Shown: one piece after another, positions 47,102-56,022 of the stretch
Numbering within the stretch: the stretch's first letter is position 1
Layout of the letters: every line of letters starts with the position of its first letter
IMG/VR virus record: IMGVR_UViG_3300036790_000396
Location: 32,001 to 96,000 of that record
Strand: one strand, 5' to 3'
Source: a virus
Length of the DNA: 64,000 bases
Notes under the pieces: generated by a model
Databases searched by the model: none
The model's input: the letters and a program-made list of their open reading frames with translations, nothing else
Told to the model about the DNA's origin: nothing
Translations under genes and position numbers: made by a program

Positions 47102-49026
47102 CCGAGCCGGAGCGGTCGTTCCTGCGGCACATGAGGCAGGCGGCCAGCGAGCTGCCCCAGGTGCAGCAGGTCACCGACCCCAACAACGTCCCGACGCCGC
47201 AGGCGGACATGCTGCCGCCGGATGTCATGTTCCCCCTCGACCCGGCGTTCCAGGTCCGGTGGGAGACCGGGCCGCAGGGTGCCCGGCCCGTCCGGGCCCA
47301 GGCCGCTGCGGGCTCCAGTCCCTACCGCCCCGAGGGCGCCCCTCCCGGCTACGGCCCCGACCCGCGCCTCGTCGACACCGTTCCCGCGCTCACCCTCCCC
47401 ACCGGCGAGCCGGTCGGCGACCAGGACGGCGACCTGTGGGGCGGCCGGACCCCTCCCGGCGCCCCCGCCGTCTCCAACGCCGGCAAGGGCGCCTGGGGTG
47501 ACGGCCCGATCGCCAGCCGCCGTGTGCGCCGTACCGCGCGTACCGAGCACGCGGAATGCGGCGGCTCCGTGGAGAACGGGCGCTGCCGGAGCTGCGGGGA
47601 GGAAGCCGCCCCGTGGATGTTCGGGCAGCGCGGCAAGGCTTATACCGTGGTGCGGGGCATTGAGGCCCAGGACATCGATCCCGGTCTCAGTTCCGAGGAT
47701 GACGAGTTCCTGGGCGGCCACGGCATCCAGGCATCCCGCCGTGTGCGCCGCACTGCGGACTTCATGTCCCGGCCGCTGCAGTCGACCGACGACCTGAACG
47801 CGCCTTACAACTCGCCGCAGACGACGCCGGACCCGTTCTCCTCCAACGCGAGCCCGCAGTCCGGTGACTACCAGGCCGGGTTCTCCGAGGGCCAGCAGGA
47901 CCGCGGCCGGGGCGACGCCCCTACCTTCAGCGACAACTCCAGCCACGTCTCGCCCTACGTGCAGGGCTACGCCGCGGGCTACGGCGCCGCGCCGCCGTCC
48001 GTGCCGCAGGACGTTCCCGGTTCCGCAGGCGGTGATTCCGGCCAGGGAGTGAACGTGCAGGAGGCCCAGCGGGAATGGCAGACCGCGCAGGCCGGCCTGC
48101 GCCGCCGCGCCCATGACTTCACCGAGTCCGGGCGGGAGAACGCCGCGCATTCCCTCGGCCCGGACGACAAGCTGCCCGTCAACAGCCTGCAGGACCTGAA
48201 GAACGCGCACCGCCGTGCCCACCAGGTGGAAGGCGAGCCCGAGTCCGCCGTGGACTCCTACCTGAGCCGTCTCGACGACCAGTACGGCTACCACCCCGGG
48301 AAGGAGTCGTCGCTGCGCGTTTCCGCCGCCCTCGTCGCGCAGTCCGAGACCCGCAGCGGGGACTTCCGCAAGGGCTACCGGTTCGCGTCCCGGTGGAAGC
48401 CGGGGCAGAAGCTTGCCTCCCGCGGCCCCGCCGCGTTCGAGGCGGGGATGTATGCCGCCATGTGCGACGCTCCGGGGCCGCAGCGCAGGGCGTGGATCGG
48501 CGCCCACCAGCGCCTGTCCCGCCGGCAGCCGGATGCCGTGTGGCGCCTGGAGCGCACCCTGTCGTTCACCCGGCAGGCCGTGCGCGACAGCCAGCTGCTG
48601 AAGATGGCCCGTGACGGCTACTTCCCGCGGCTGGCCGGCGTCTCCACCGACCTGATCACGGACGGCCCCGGCACGAGTCCCGACCCGATGGGCCAGACGC
48701 CGCTGAACGGGCCCGGCACTCCGCCTCCGTCCGGCGGCGGCGAGAACCCGGCCCGTCCCGGCGGAATCCCCCCGTACCAGGGAGGGCAGCCCGTCGTCGC
48801 CGACGACGGGCTGGGGCCCGCCCAGGAGCCGCCCCACGAGAACGGCCCCTTCACGCAGACGTTCTCCGGCCGCCAGCCCGGCAACATCGACCTCGCGCCG
48901 GCGGCTCCCAACAACGCGGACGGCCCCGGCTACGAGAATCCCGGAGCCTATCCCTCGGACATGCGCCGGGCGCAGGCATTCCGGGCGCGGGTCCAGGCAT
49001 CGCTGCGGGCGCGCCAGCCGGCCTGA
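47098..49026 (+). CDS. Probable head/prohead-associated low-complexity protein
   Basis: GTGA coupling; ASRRVRRTA twice; shares LPQV.QV.DPNN with the 45066 protein. Confidence 0.8.
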   Translation: MTEPERSFLRHMRQAASELPQVQQVTDPNNVPTPQADMLPPDVMFPLDPAFQVRWETGPQGARPVRAQAAAGSSPYRPEGAPPGYGPDPRLVDTVPALTLPTGEPVGDQDGDLWGGRTPPGAPAVSNAGKGAWGDGPIASRRVRRTARTEHAECGGSVENGRCRSCGEEAAPWMFGQRGKAYTVVRGIEAQDIDPGLSSEDDEFLGGHGIQASRRVRRTADFMSRPLQSTDDLNAPYNSPQTTPDPFSSNASPQSGDYQAGFSEGQQDRGRGDAPTFSDNSSHVSPYVQGYAAGYGAAPPSVPQDVPGSAGGDSGQGVNVQEAQREWQTAQAGLRRRAHDFTESGRENAAHSLGPDDKLPVNSLQDLKNAHRRAHQVEGEPESAVDSYLSRLDDQYGYHPGKESSLRVSAALVAQSETRSGDFRKGYRFASRWKPGQKLASRGPAAFEAGMYAAMCDAPGPQRRAWIGAHQRLSRRQPDAVWRLERTLSFTRQAVRDSQLLKMARDGYFPRLAGVSTDLITDGPGTSPDPMGQTPLNGPGTPPPSGGGENPARPGGIPPYQGGQPVVADDGLGPAQEPPHENGPFTQTFSGRQPGNIDLAPAAPNNADGPGYENPGAYPSDMRRAQAFRARVQASLRARQPA

Positions 49027-49030
49027 CAAG

Positions 49031-49065
49031 GGAAAAGCCCCGCCGTGAAGCGGGGCTTTTCCTTT
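49031..49065. terminator. Bidirectional intrinsic terminator
   Basis: GGAAAAGCCCCGC / GCGGGGCTTTTCC stem with A and T tracts, between convergent genes. Confidence 0.9.
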
Positions 49066-49137
49066 CGCAAGACGGGGATCTCGCATTACTGATGGGGTCT
49101 TACTGCCCTGCCAGCGTAGGACGCGGCGGGGGAATGG

Positions 49138-49668
49138 TCAAGAACGGGGCTCCCCGTCCTCACTGTGGTCCGCTATCCACTGGGCGTGCTCCGCCACGCG
49201 GGTGGCGGTCTCCAGGTCGGCCTCGCGCTGCTCCAGCTCCGCCTCCTGCCGCTTCAGGCGCGTCTCGTGCTCGCGCAGCGCGATGGCCGCCCGCGCCTGC
49301 TTCTCGTCGGCGCGGTCCCGCTGCCCCCTGACGATCAGGGCGAGGAACAGGACGAAGACGAGCCACAGCGGCCAGACGGCGCCCGTGAGCACGCTGATGC
49401 CGACCGCCTTCTCCGCGGTGTGCCCGCCGTAGCAGGAGTCCTGCTTGCCTGCCGGGACGTGGCCGTCCTGGTCGAGCCCCAGCCTTTCTATGTGCCGGGC
49501 CCATTTCTGGTCCCGGCCGCTGAATTTCCACGCGTCCTCGCGGTCGCTGCGTGCGTAATGGACCTCCCCGCACAGCGGCACCCGGCTGGGGCGCGCGGTG
49601 CCGTAGGATCTCCGTGCGATCACGGTGAACCCGGCGAGGTAGACGGCAAGGATGATGATCGCGGTCAC
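49138..49668 (-). CDS. membrane protein with C-terminal coiled coil
   Basis: AGGAGG RBS, GTG 49668; two hydrophobic segments. Confidence 0.75.
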   Translation of the reverse strand: MTAIIILAVYLAGFTVIARRSYGTARPSRVPLCGEVHYARSDREDAWKFSGRDQKWARHIERLGLDQDGHVPAGKQDSCYGGHTAEKAVGISVLTGAVWPLWLVFVLFLALIVRGQRDRADEKQARAAIALREHETRLKRQEAELEQREADLETATRVAEHAQWIADHSEDGEPRS

Positions 49669-49916
49669 TGTTCCTCCTGAATAATCATTACGTTCCGGAT
49701 CCGCGGAGGTTCCCGTCTCTGCAGCTTCGGCGTGAACTCGCGAAGTCGTGCAGCCTCTTCCGGGTACTTCTCGTCCCATGCCTCGTGCATGGCGTGCCTG
49801 ACTGTGCAATCCTCCGCGTGAGAGCTGATCTCGCCGGAATATCCCTGCCCGCACTCCCCGCAGCAGGGATTCCCGTGCCCGTCTGCGGGCCACTCGCCCG
49901 CGACGCCGGAGTTCAT
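49665..49916 (-). CDS. small Cys/His hypothetical protein
   Basis: CCGECG...H.EDC; ATGA coupling. Confidence 0.6.
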   Translation of the reverse strand: MNSGVAGEWPADGHGNPCCGECGQGYSGEISSHAEDCTVRHAMHEAWDEKYPEEAARLREFTPKLQRREPPRIRNVMIIQEEQ

Positions 49917-50395
49917 GCGAGCCGACGGCGCGCGGCCTCGCACAGCACCGCGTAGGCGGCGGGATTGGTCATGCCGTCCGGCAGCTGCCCGAACGGCATC
50001 GCCATCAGTGCTTTCGCCATGGCCGCCGTGTCCTCGTCGTCCAGCTCCCGCGCCCGCTCGCCGGACTTGCGGCCCTCGAACGACTTCGCGATGCGGGCGA
50101 GCCGGTCGGCGCTCCCGGCGGCGGAGTCCTCGCCGAGGGTCATGTCATCGCACGCCTCGCGGATAATGCCGTCGACCAGCTGCGCCTGCTCGCGCCCCTT
50201 GGCCGTGAGGGCCACCGGGTACCATCCGCCGCTGACGGGCCCGAGGGTGACGAGCTTGCGCTGCAGGAGCCGCTTCGCGATGACGTAGGACTGCTCTCCG
50301 GGCCTCACCCGGCTGGCGCCGTCCAGGGTCAGGACCGTCAGCAGGATCTGCTCCCTGCTGCTGAGCCGCATCCTGCGTGGCTTCGTGCTGGTCAT
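49913..50395 (-). CDS. hypothetical protein (N-terminal winged-helix-like)
   Basis: AGGAG RBS; LSSREQILL...RLLQRKLV...LTAKGRE. Confidence 0.75.
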   Translation of the reverse strand: MTSTKPRRMRLSSREQILLTVLTLDGASRVRPGEQSYVIAKRLLQRKLVTLGPVSGGWYPVALTAKGREQAQLVDGIIREACDDMTLGEDSAAGSADRLARIAKSFEGRKSGERARELDDEDTAAMAKALMAMPFGQLPDGMTNPAAYAVLCEAARRRLA

Positions 50396-50424
50396 CGGGG
50401 TCTCCTCTGCTCAGTGCCTGTAGC

Positions 50425-50449
50425 TTGACAATATCAATAAACCTTGCTA
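50425..50449. promoter_or_regulatory. Operator TATCAA-taaacc-TTGCTA with leftward TGaTATTGT; TTGACA on the plus strand
   Basis: Divergent junction. Confidence 0.8.
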
Positions 50450-50506
50450 TCTACAAGAACTGCCGGTGACGAGTCCCCGGAAGGATCAGGACTGCCTGCG
50501 AGAGGG

Positions 50507-51700
50507 ATGACCGTGACCGACGATTTCGGCTACTCACTTTGGACGGAGGCGTCTGCGGACCATGACGCCGAGCGGCATGCCGCGGCGCTCGACGAGGCCG
50601 GGGCGCACCTCGCGTCCGTGATGCCGTTCCTGCTGCAGGCGGAAACCGAGCGGGAGCTGGGCCACCGCCTGTCGTTCGCCGGCATGCGGCTGCGCACCAT
50701 CGAGGCGTCCACCGGCGTCCCCGTCCCCGAGCTGGAAGACATGGCCCGGCGCCACTTCGCCCTGCTCAAGGAGGCCCTCCCCGAGGGCGTCGATCCCCTC
50801 CAGCAGCTCATGCAGTCCGGGCACTCCTACGGCTCCGGCCCGGAGAAGCCCGACGAGCACGATGAGGGCCCCGACTTCTCCGGCGGCTACTCCGAGGTCC
50901 CGATGGGCTACCCCGGGGGTCCCGACCCGTCCGTCGTCACGCCGTACCTCACGCAGCCCGGTCCCGTCCAGGAGGCCACCGGGTCCCGGCACCGCCGCCA
51001 CGCCCAGGGCGGCAGTGACGTCTCCCTCGCCGAGACGCCCCCCGACACCGATACCGGATTCGGCTCCGTCGACCTCGACCCCGCCGACCAGTCCAGCACC
51101 CAGTCCGGCCGCAGCGCCACGTCCGCGCGCCGCTACGCGTCCCGCCGCTACGCGGACTCCACCGCCGGCTCGCCGGCGGGCGGCATGAGCACCGTCCCCG
51201 CAGGCGTGGGCGGCATGCCCTCCAGCCCGGACGGGTCGTCGTCCTCCCCCGCGGCGCAGCCGCTGCCGCCCCTGGACCAGACCGTCACCAGCCAGGGACC
51301 CGACACCAGCTTCGACCTCACCCCGACGCCCAGTGCCGGCGCGACGTCCGGCACCGACTCGGGCACGTCGGCGATCACCGGCACCGGGTCGCGCCGCGAC
51401 CCTGTCGCCGCGCAGATCCGCGCGGTGGCCAGCTCCGTGGCGGTGTCCAACCCGCAGCTCCCCGCCAGCGAGTGCCGCCGCGTGGCGCGCCGCGTGGTCG
51501 GCGGCTACCTGCGCCGCGCCGACCTGGACAGCTCCGTCATGTCGGATGATCCCGGTGACGGGGACGGCCCCGCAGGCGGCGCCGCCCCCCAGGGCGGCGG
51601 TGGCAACGCCGTGGAGCACGGCGCGGAGTTCCAGGTCGGCAAGTCGGTGGCCCGCGGCCTGATGGGCGGCGCCGAGGATGCCGCCGCGGCGGCCTTCTAG
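50507..51700 (+). CDS. Probable head/prohead-associated low-complexity protein
   Basis: Ser/Gly/Pro-rich; RRHA, RRYA, RRA linkers; shares GSGPE.PD.HD and GY.EVP.G.PG with the 45066 protein. Confidence 0.8.
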   Translation: MTVTDDFGYSLWTEASADHDAERHAAALDEAGAHLASVMPFLLQAETERELGHRLSFAGMRLRTIEASTGVPVPELEDMARRHFALLKEALPEGVDPLQQLMQSGHSYGSGPEKPDEHDEGPDFSGGYSEVPMGYPGGPDPSVVTPYLTQPGPVQEATGSRHRRHAQGGSDVSLAETPPDTDTGFGSVDLDPADQSSTQSGRSATSARRYASRRYADSTAGSPAGGMSTVPAGVGGMPSSPDGSSSSPAAQPLPPLDQTVTSQGPDTSFDLTPTPSAGATSGTDSGTSAITGTGSRRDPVAAQIRAVASSVAVSNPQLPASECRRVARRVVGGYLRRADLDSSVMSDDPGDGDGPAGGAAPQGGGGNAVEHGAEFQVGKSVARGLMGGAEDAAAAAF

Positions 51701-51701
51701 C

Positions 51702-51830
51702 ATGCGGAAGCCGAAGCTGCCCTCCCCGAAGAGGAGCAAGAGCGAGGCGGTCAACGTGAAGTCGGCGCGTCCGGCTAAGTATCCCGAGCCGCCCGTCAGC
51801 GCCAGGCTGCCGGAGGCTCCCCCGCGCTAG
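51702..51830 (+). CDS. small basic hypothetical protein (42 aa)
   Basis: Starts 1 nt after the upstream stop; K/P-rich. Confidence 0.4.
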   Translation: MRKPKLPSPKRSKSEAVNVKSARPAKYPEPPVSARLPEAPPR

Positions 51831-51839
51831 GCTGGCCGC

Positions 51840-52118
51840 ATGGACCTGACTTCCCCGCTGATGGACCGCGTCTTGTGGGACCGCCGCGCGTTCACCTGGG
51901 CGGGATGCTTCGCGTGGAAATGCGCGGACTGCGGGCGCATGGTGATGCCCGGCGAGGACGCCGTCCGCGGCATGCACCTGCTGACGGGCCTGTTCATCGT
52001 CCACGCCTGGCATCACGGCCTGGGCCGCGACCGGGCACGCCTCATCGACGAGGGCATGGCGATGGCGGCTGCGCGCTGGCCGTCCCTGCAGGAGCGCGCA
52101 GCGGCGCTGCGGCCCTAG
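51840..52118 (+). CDS. hypothetical protein
   Basis: CADCG...HAWHH motif. Confidence 0.55.
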   Translation: MDLTSPLMDRVLWDRRAFTWAGCFAWKCADCGRMVMPGEDAVRGMHLLTGLFIVHAWHHGLGRDRARLIDEGMAMAAARWPSLQERAAALRP

Positions 52119-52195
52119 ATCGCGCGGACCAGGAACAGGATCAGCAGGATGATCACGACCAGGACCAGCAGGCCCCAGAGGCTGTAGGCAGGCAT
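52115..52195 (-). CDS. 26-aa single-TM micropeptide, not in the ORF track
   Basis: GAGGAG RBS; MPAYSLWGLLVLVVIILLILFLVRAI*. Confidence 0.7.
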   Translation of the reverse strand: MPAYSLWGLLVLVVIILLILFLVRAI

Positions 52196-52245
52196 CGTTC
52201 TCCTCTCGTCCCGCTGCTGCTGCCCGCGGTCGCGGGAATCATGCG

Positions 52246-52279
52246 AAAAAGCCGGGTGCGCCCCTCGTGCACCCGGCTT
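52246..52279 (-). terminator. Intrinsic terminator
   Basis: AAGCCGGGTGC / GCACCCGGCTT stem with an A5 tract (U tract on the minus strand). Confidence 0.75.
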
Positions 52280-52294
52280 CTCTGACGGCCTGCG

Positions 52295-52483
52295 TTACCA
52301 GAACGGGATCAGGAAGGCCAGTGCCAGCGACGCCAGGCCGCCCGGCAGCAGCCAGCCCCAGGAGCCGCTCGTCCCGAGCCCGGTCACGATCGCGTCGATG
52401 AGGAACAGCAGGAACGCGATGAACATGAACAGCCGCGACACGGCTGCCGGGTGCGGTCCCGGTACTTGCTGGGGCGTCGTCAT
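52295..52483 (-). CDS. small two-TM membrane protein
   Basis: Two hydrophobic helices. Confidence 0.7.
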   Translation of the reverse strand: MTTPQQVPGPHPAAVSRLFMFIAFLLFLIDAIVTGLGTSGSWGWLLPGGLASLALAFLIPFW

Positions 52484-52493
52484 GACAAGGTTC

Positions 52494-52697
52494 CTACCCA
52501 CCGGTGACGGGCGTATCCTCGCTGACCTCTTCCCATCCCCACGGGCAGGCGTTGTTCACGGCCTCCGCAGCGTAGGTCTGCAGCCATTCCTGCTGCTGCC
52601 CGTCCGTCATGCCCTCAAGTTCCCCGTCAGGGATCTCGACGATCATGGTCTTGTGGTCGATCGTCCAGCTCGGCTCGATGGTGACTTCGATCTTCAT
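52494..52697 (-). CDS. small acidic hypothetical protein
   Basis: GAGGG RBS. Confidence 0.7.
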   Translation of the reverse strand: MKIEVTIEPSWTIDHKTMIVEIPDGELEGMTDGQQQEWLQTYAAEAVNNACPWGWEEVSEDTPVTGG

Positions 52698-52706
52698 GAC
52701 TGGCCC

Positions 52707-53078
52707 TCACTCTTCGGGGCGTAGCGGGTAGACGTGAACGGTGTTGACAGAGGAGGGGACGATCCGCAGGGCCGGGTGCCCGAAGATCACGACGTGATCG
52801 TCCTGGGCCTTGACGGAGACGTGCCGCCGGAACTTGCGGTACTCCTTCTCGCTGTCGGGGTGCGCGGGCCAGAAGTTCACCGTCTCGTCCTGGCTCAGCA
52901 TCAGGTCCGGCTGGATGCTGTACCCCTCGGTCTGCGTGTTGGTGGGAGCGCCCGTGCTGCTCAGCTCGGCGATCCGCGCCCGCGCTTCCCCGAGGGTCTT
53001 CTCCAGGTGCGCGATGTAGGACCGGACCTTGCGCGTGCAGCGCGCCAGCTCCTCCGGTGTCGGCTCGTCCGTGCTCAT
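52707..53078 (-). CDS. hypothetical protein
   Basis: Strong codon bias. Confidence 0.75.
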   Translation of the reverse strand: MSTDEPTPEELARCTRKVRSYIAHLEKTLGEARARIAELSSTGAPTNTQTEGYSIQPDLMLSQDETVNFWPAHPDSEKEYRKFRRHVSVKAQDDHVVIFGHPALRIVPSSVNTVHVYPLRPEE

Positions 53079-53085
53079 CGTCTTC

Positions 53086-53244
53086 TCATCCCTCGTCGAA
53101 TCCGCCGCAGCGCGGTCCGTCCTGGACGCGGCTCATGCCGAGCAGCCGGCACGGCCACGCGTGGATCCCGGCAGCGGAGCGGCAGCGCGGGCGCAGCGGC
53201 CACGCCCGGTAGAGCGCGACCGCGCCGGCCACGACTGCCCGCAT
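53086..53244 (-). CDS. small hypothetical protein (52 aa)
   Basis: TGATG coupling to the upstream gene; fills the operon gap. Confidence 0.4.
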   Translation of the reverse strand: MRAVVAGAVALYRAWPLRPRCRSAAGIHAWPCRLLGMSRVQDGPRCGGFDEG

Positions 53245-53561
53245 CAGTTTTTCTCCGCGGCGATCTCGTCCGCCAGCGCGGCGATCTCCGCCGCGATCGT
53301 GACAGCCTGCGCGAAGGCCCTCGCGTCCTCGCTGCCGAACACGGCTGACGTGGAAGCCCAGCTGACGTGCGCCGGCTGCTCGGTGCCGTAGCGCCGGTCC
53401 CGGGCGTAGACCTCGACGAGATCATGCTCGTCGCCGTCGGTATCGGTGAAGGTGATGAGGACCCGGCCGCCGTCCCGGACGGCCAGCGCCCGGGCGGCTG
53501 TCGGCCGGGTGATGTTCCTGGCGATGCCGTCTCCGGTGACGAGATCGATCGTGTACTTCAT
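53244..53561 (-). CDS. hypothetical protein
   Basis: AAGGAG RBS, ATG 53561. Confidence 0.75.
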   Translation of the reverse strand: MKYTIDLVTGDGIARNITRPTAARALAVRDGGRVLITFTDTDGDEHDLVEVYARDRRYGTEQPAHVSWASTSAVFGSEDARAFAQAVTIAAEIAALADEIAAEKN

Positions 53562-54058
53562 GACTGCTCCTTGGATGCATCGAAGTCCGCGAGCGCCAGG
53601 ACGGCCTCGCGGTGCTGCTCCGCGGCGGCTTCCAGCATCCGCCGGGATTCCTCCACGCGCTCCTGCAGCTGGCGTTTCCGCCCGAGGGTGATGACTTCCG
53701 GGTGAGCCGCCTGGTATGCCTCCGCGACCGGGGTGAGGACGGAGGCAAGTGCCGTCACTTCCTTGTGCGTGAGGGAGGTTCCGGTGGCTGCCCGGTTCAT
53801 CGCGCCGTAGAAGTGAGGCGACAGGGCCAGGTCCCCGCCGCACGGCTCCAGGAAGAGGATCCCGCTCAGCCGGGCGCCGCGCCCGCCGGTGAGGATGCCC
53901 TTCTCCGGCTGTGACCTGTCGGCGAGACTCTGCACGCCGATGCTGCCGCCGGTGTTCCAGCGGAAGACTGCAGTGCCGTGGCCGGGCACGTCGAGGAGGA
54001 CTTCGGGGCCGTTGACGCTCATGGCCCACGGCCGGCTGGTGTTCTCGGTGTCGCTCAT
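53558..54058 (-). CDS. hypothetical protein, probably leaderless
   Basis: ATG 6 nt downstream of the TATTAT -10; no Shine-Dalgarno. Confidence 0.75.
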   Translation of the reverse strand: MSDTENTSRPWAMSVNGPEVLLDVPGHGTAVFRWNTGGSIGVQSLADRSQPEKGILTGGRGARLSGILFLEPCGGDLALSPHFYGAMNRAATGTSLTHKEVTALASVLTPVAEAYQAAHPEVITLGRKRQLQERVEESRRMLEAAAEQHREAVLALADFDASKEQS

Positions 54059-54064
54059 GCCACG

Positions 54065-54086
54065 ATAATATCAATAAACCTTAGTA
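54065..54086 (-). promoter_or_regulatory. Operator TATCAA-taaacc-TTAGTA with extended -10 TGaTATTAT
   Basis: Seen directly. Confidence 0.8.
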
Positions 54087-54133
54087 AAAAGCAAGAGGAC
54101 CGGCGGATCCGCATACGCCGGTCCCCTTGCCGC

Positions 54134-54862
54134 TCATATCCGGGCAGAATCGGAGAGGTACCTCCGGTACTCCTCGTCGCATGCCGCGGAGCACACCGTG
54201 CCGTTTCCCCACTCTTCCGTGAGCTGGTACCGATCGCCGCAGTTGGCGCACCTGGACCAGTTCTCCCCGCGGTCGCGGATCCCGATGCTGATCTCCGCGA
54301 TCTGCCTGTGGATCTCCGGTGCCTGCGGGTCCGCCAGGATCGCCTCGGGATCGTACGGCGCGCCCTGATCCCGCGATGCGGGGACGTACTCCGGGGGCTG
54401 CGACGGCAGCCCCAGGCGCTGGCGCAGCCGCATCCTCAGCGCCTCCAGCGAGACCGGCCTGCTGACGGTGACCCCCTCGCCGTGCGGCATCCGCCGGGCC
54501 TCCGCCGTGGCCTTCTCGTCTGCTTGCCACCCCGGGAGTCCCGGCATCTCCCCCGGCATCTCCGGCAGCCCGACGGTCTCCGTCCCGCGCGCCTGCTTCC
54601 CCGGATCGGGAGCGTCGCCGTCCGGCATCTCCCGGTCGAAGCACTCCCCGTGCATCCCGGTCAGGATGATCTCCCGCTCCTCGTCGCTTGCTGCCGGGAA
54701 TGCCTCGTGCAGCCGGAGGGTGCGGTAGGCGTAGTAGCCGTCCCACGCCGCCCGCGACAGGCCGCTGACGACGGCCTCCCGGCCGCAGGACGGGCAGACG
54801 TAGGTCACGGTCACTTCCGTCCCGCCGCCGGCGACGGTGACGTCCTTCGGGAGCGCGCTCAT
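54134..54862 (-). CDS. hypothetical protein with two Zn-binding motifs
   Basis: CPSCG...HGEC; CANCG...CSAAC; ATGA coupling. Confidence 0.7.
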   Translation of the reverse strand: MSALPKDVTVAGGGTEVTVTYVCPSCGREAVVSGLSRAAWDGYYAYRTLRLHEAFPAASDEEREIILTGMHGECFDREMPDGDAPDPGKQARGTETVGLPEMPGEMPGLPGWQADEKATAEARRMPHGEGVTVSRPVSLEALRMRLRQRLGLPSQPPEYVPASRDQGAPYDPEAILADPQAPEIHRQIAEISIGIRDRGENWSRCANCGDRYQLTEEWGNGTVCSAACDEEYRRYLSDSARI

Positions 54863-55392
54863 CCCAGTACCGCGCTTCGCCCGTCGCCTGAAGGGGCGCC
54901 GGCGTCGAGGAGGTCCAGGATCCGCGTGCTCCTGCCCGGGCCGAGCATGTTCTGGGCGTCCAGCACCTCGCTCCGGATGGCGGCGGTGTCCTCCGGCCAC
55001 AGCACTGACGGCTCCTCGAACGCCACCTGCGCCCCGCTGGTGCCGTCCGCCTTCACGTACCGCACGCGCCAGGCGAGACCGTCGTCGGTGACGCCCCGGA
55101 TCGAGCCGGCCAGGGTGCGCTCCGGTGTACCGATCTCCTCCAGGATCGCTCTCAGCTCCAGGTCGATGCCCTCTACGCTGGTGTGCCTGTCCCCGGGGAC
55201 GATGCGCCGCGCGCTCCAGCGCGTCAGCACGCCGTCGGGAGTGGTCTCCTCGGCCGTTTCCACCGGGATGAGGACCGAGTGGGCCTCCGACCGGCGGAAG
55301 GCGTCCGTGCGGTCGCCCAGGGCGCGGATCTCGTCCGCGTTCAGGGGCGGGTCGATGGTGATCTCCCCGCTGAGGATGCTCTGCGTTCCCAT
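54859..55392 (-). CDS. hypothetical protein
   Basis: AGGAG RBS. Confidence 0.75.
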   Translation of the reverse strand: MGTQSILSGEITIDPPLNADEIRALGDRTDAFRRSEAHSVLIPVETAEETTPDGVLTRWSARRIVPGDRHTSVEGIDLELRAILEEIGTPERTLAGSIRGVTDDGLAWRVRYVKADGTSGAQVAFEEPSVLWPEDTAAIRSEVLDAQNMLGPGRSTRILDLLDAGAPSGDGRSAVLG

Positions 55393-55422
55393 GCTGTCTC
55401 CTGTCGTCTGAGGGATGCTCCA

Positions 55423-55444
55423 ACTTTACTATAGATTATTGATA
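55423..55444 (-). promoter_or_regulatory. Operator copy TACTAT-agatta-TTGATA with leftward -10 (TATAGT or TAAAGT)
   Basis: AT-rich intergenic site. Confidence 0.65.
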
Positions 55445-55448
55445 TTTC

Positions 55449-55721
55449 CTAGAGCGGCTTGTTCTCTTCCGCGTGGTAGAAGAGGACGGCCGAGACCGCG
55501 AACCTGGCGGAGAACTCACCCGCCTGCTTCATCACGTCCGCTATGACGGCGGTGAACAGCATCTCCGGGGTCGGTGACCTCGCGCTGACCGTTCCCTGCG
55601 CGCGCATGAGCCGCGTTCCGGTGCCCGCGTGCTGCAGCGTGATGATGTAGAACCACTCCCGCTCCGGCTCCTCAGTCGGGCCAGCGGAGGTCGTACCAGT
55701 CGTCTCCGGCTGGGTCTTCAT
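55449..55721 (-). CDS. hypothetical protein
   Basis: GGAG RBS, ATG 55721. Confidence 0.6.
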   Translation of the reverse strand: MKTQPETTGTTSAGPTEEPEREWFYIITLQHAGTGTRLMRAQGTVSARSPTPEMLFTAVIADVMKQAGEFSARFAVSAVLFYHAEENKPL

Positions 55722-56022
55722 GATGCTCTCCCAGGATGTAGACGAACTTCTGCCCGTGGTCATCGGACACCGTGAGCTTCACGCCGCTTGCGGGAGCACC
55801 GTCGTTCCCCGCTATCAGGGCCACCCAGGCCGCGCCGGCTTTCACCAGGGGATCGGCCCGGGTGATCGTCCCGCGCATGCGGATCTCGGCGCTCCTCAGG
55901 ACCGGGCCGTCGAAGGTGGCGATTCCGTCCAGCCTCATCTCGCCCACGTGCCCGGTGGCGAGGATCTCCCCGTACTCCTCAGCATTCACGGAGCCGCTCC
56001 AGGACCGGGGGAACCAGGGCAT
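55672..56022 (-). CDS. hypothetical protein
   Basis: Overlaps both neighbours in operon fashion. Confidence 0.6.
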   Translation of the reverse strand: MPWFPRSWSGSVNAEEYGEILATGHVGEMRLDGIATFDGPVLRSAEIRMRGTITRADPLVKAGAAWVALIAGNDGAPASGVKLTVSDDHGQKFVYILGEHHEDPAGDDWYDLRWPD

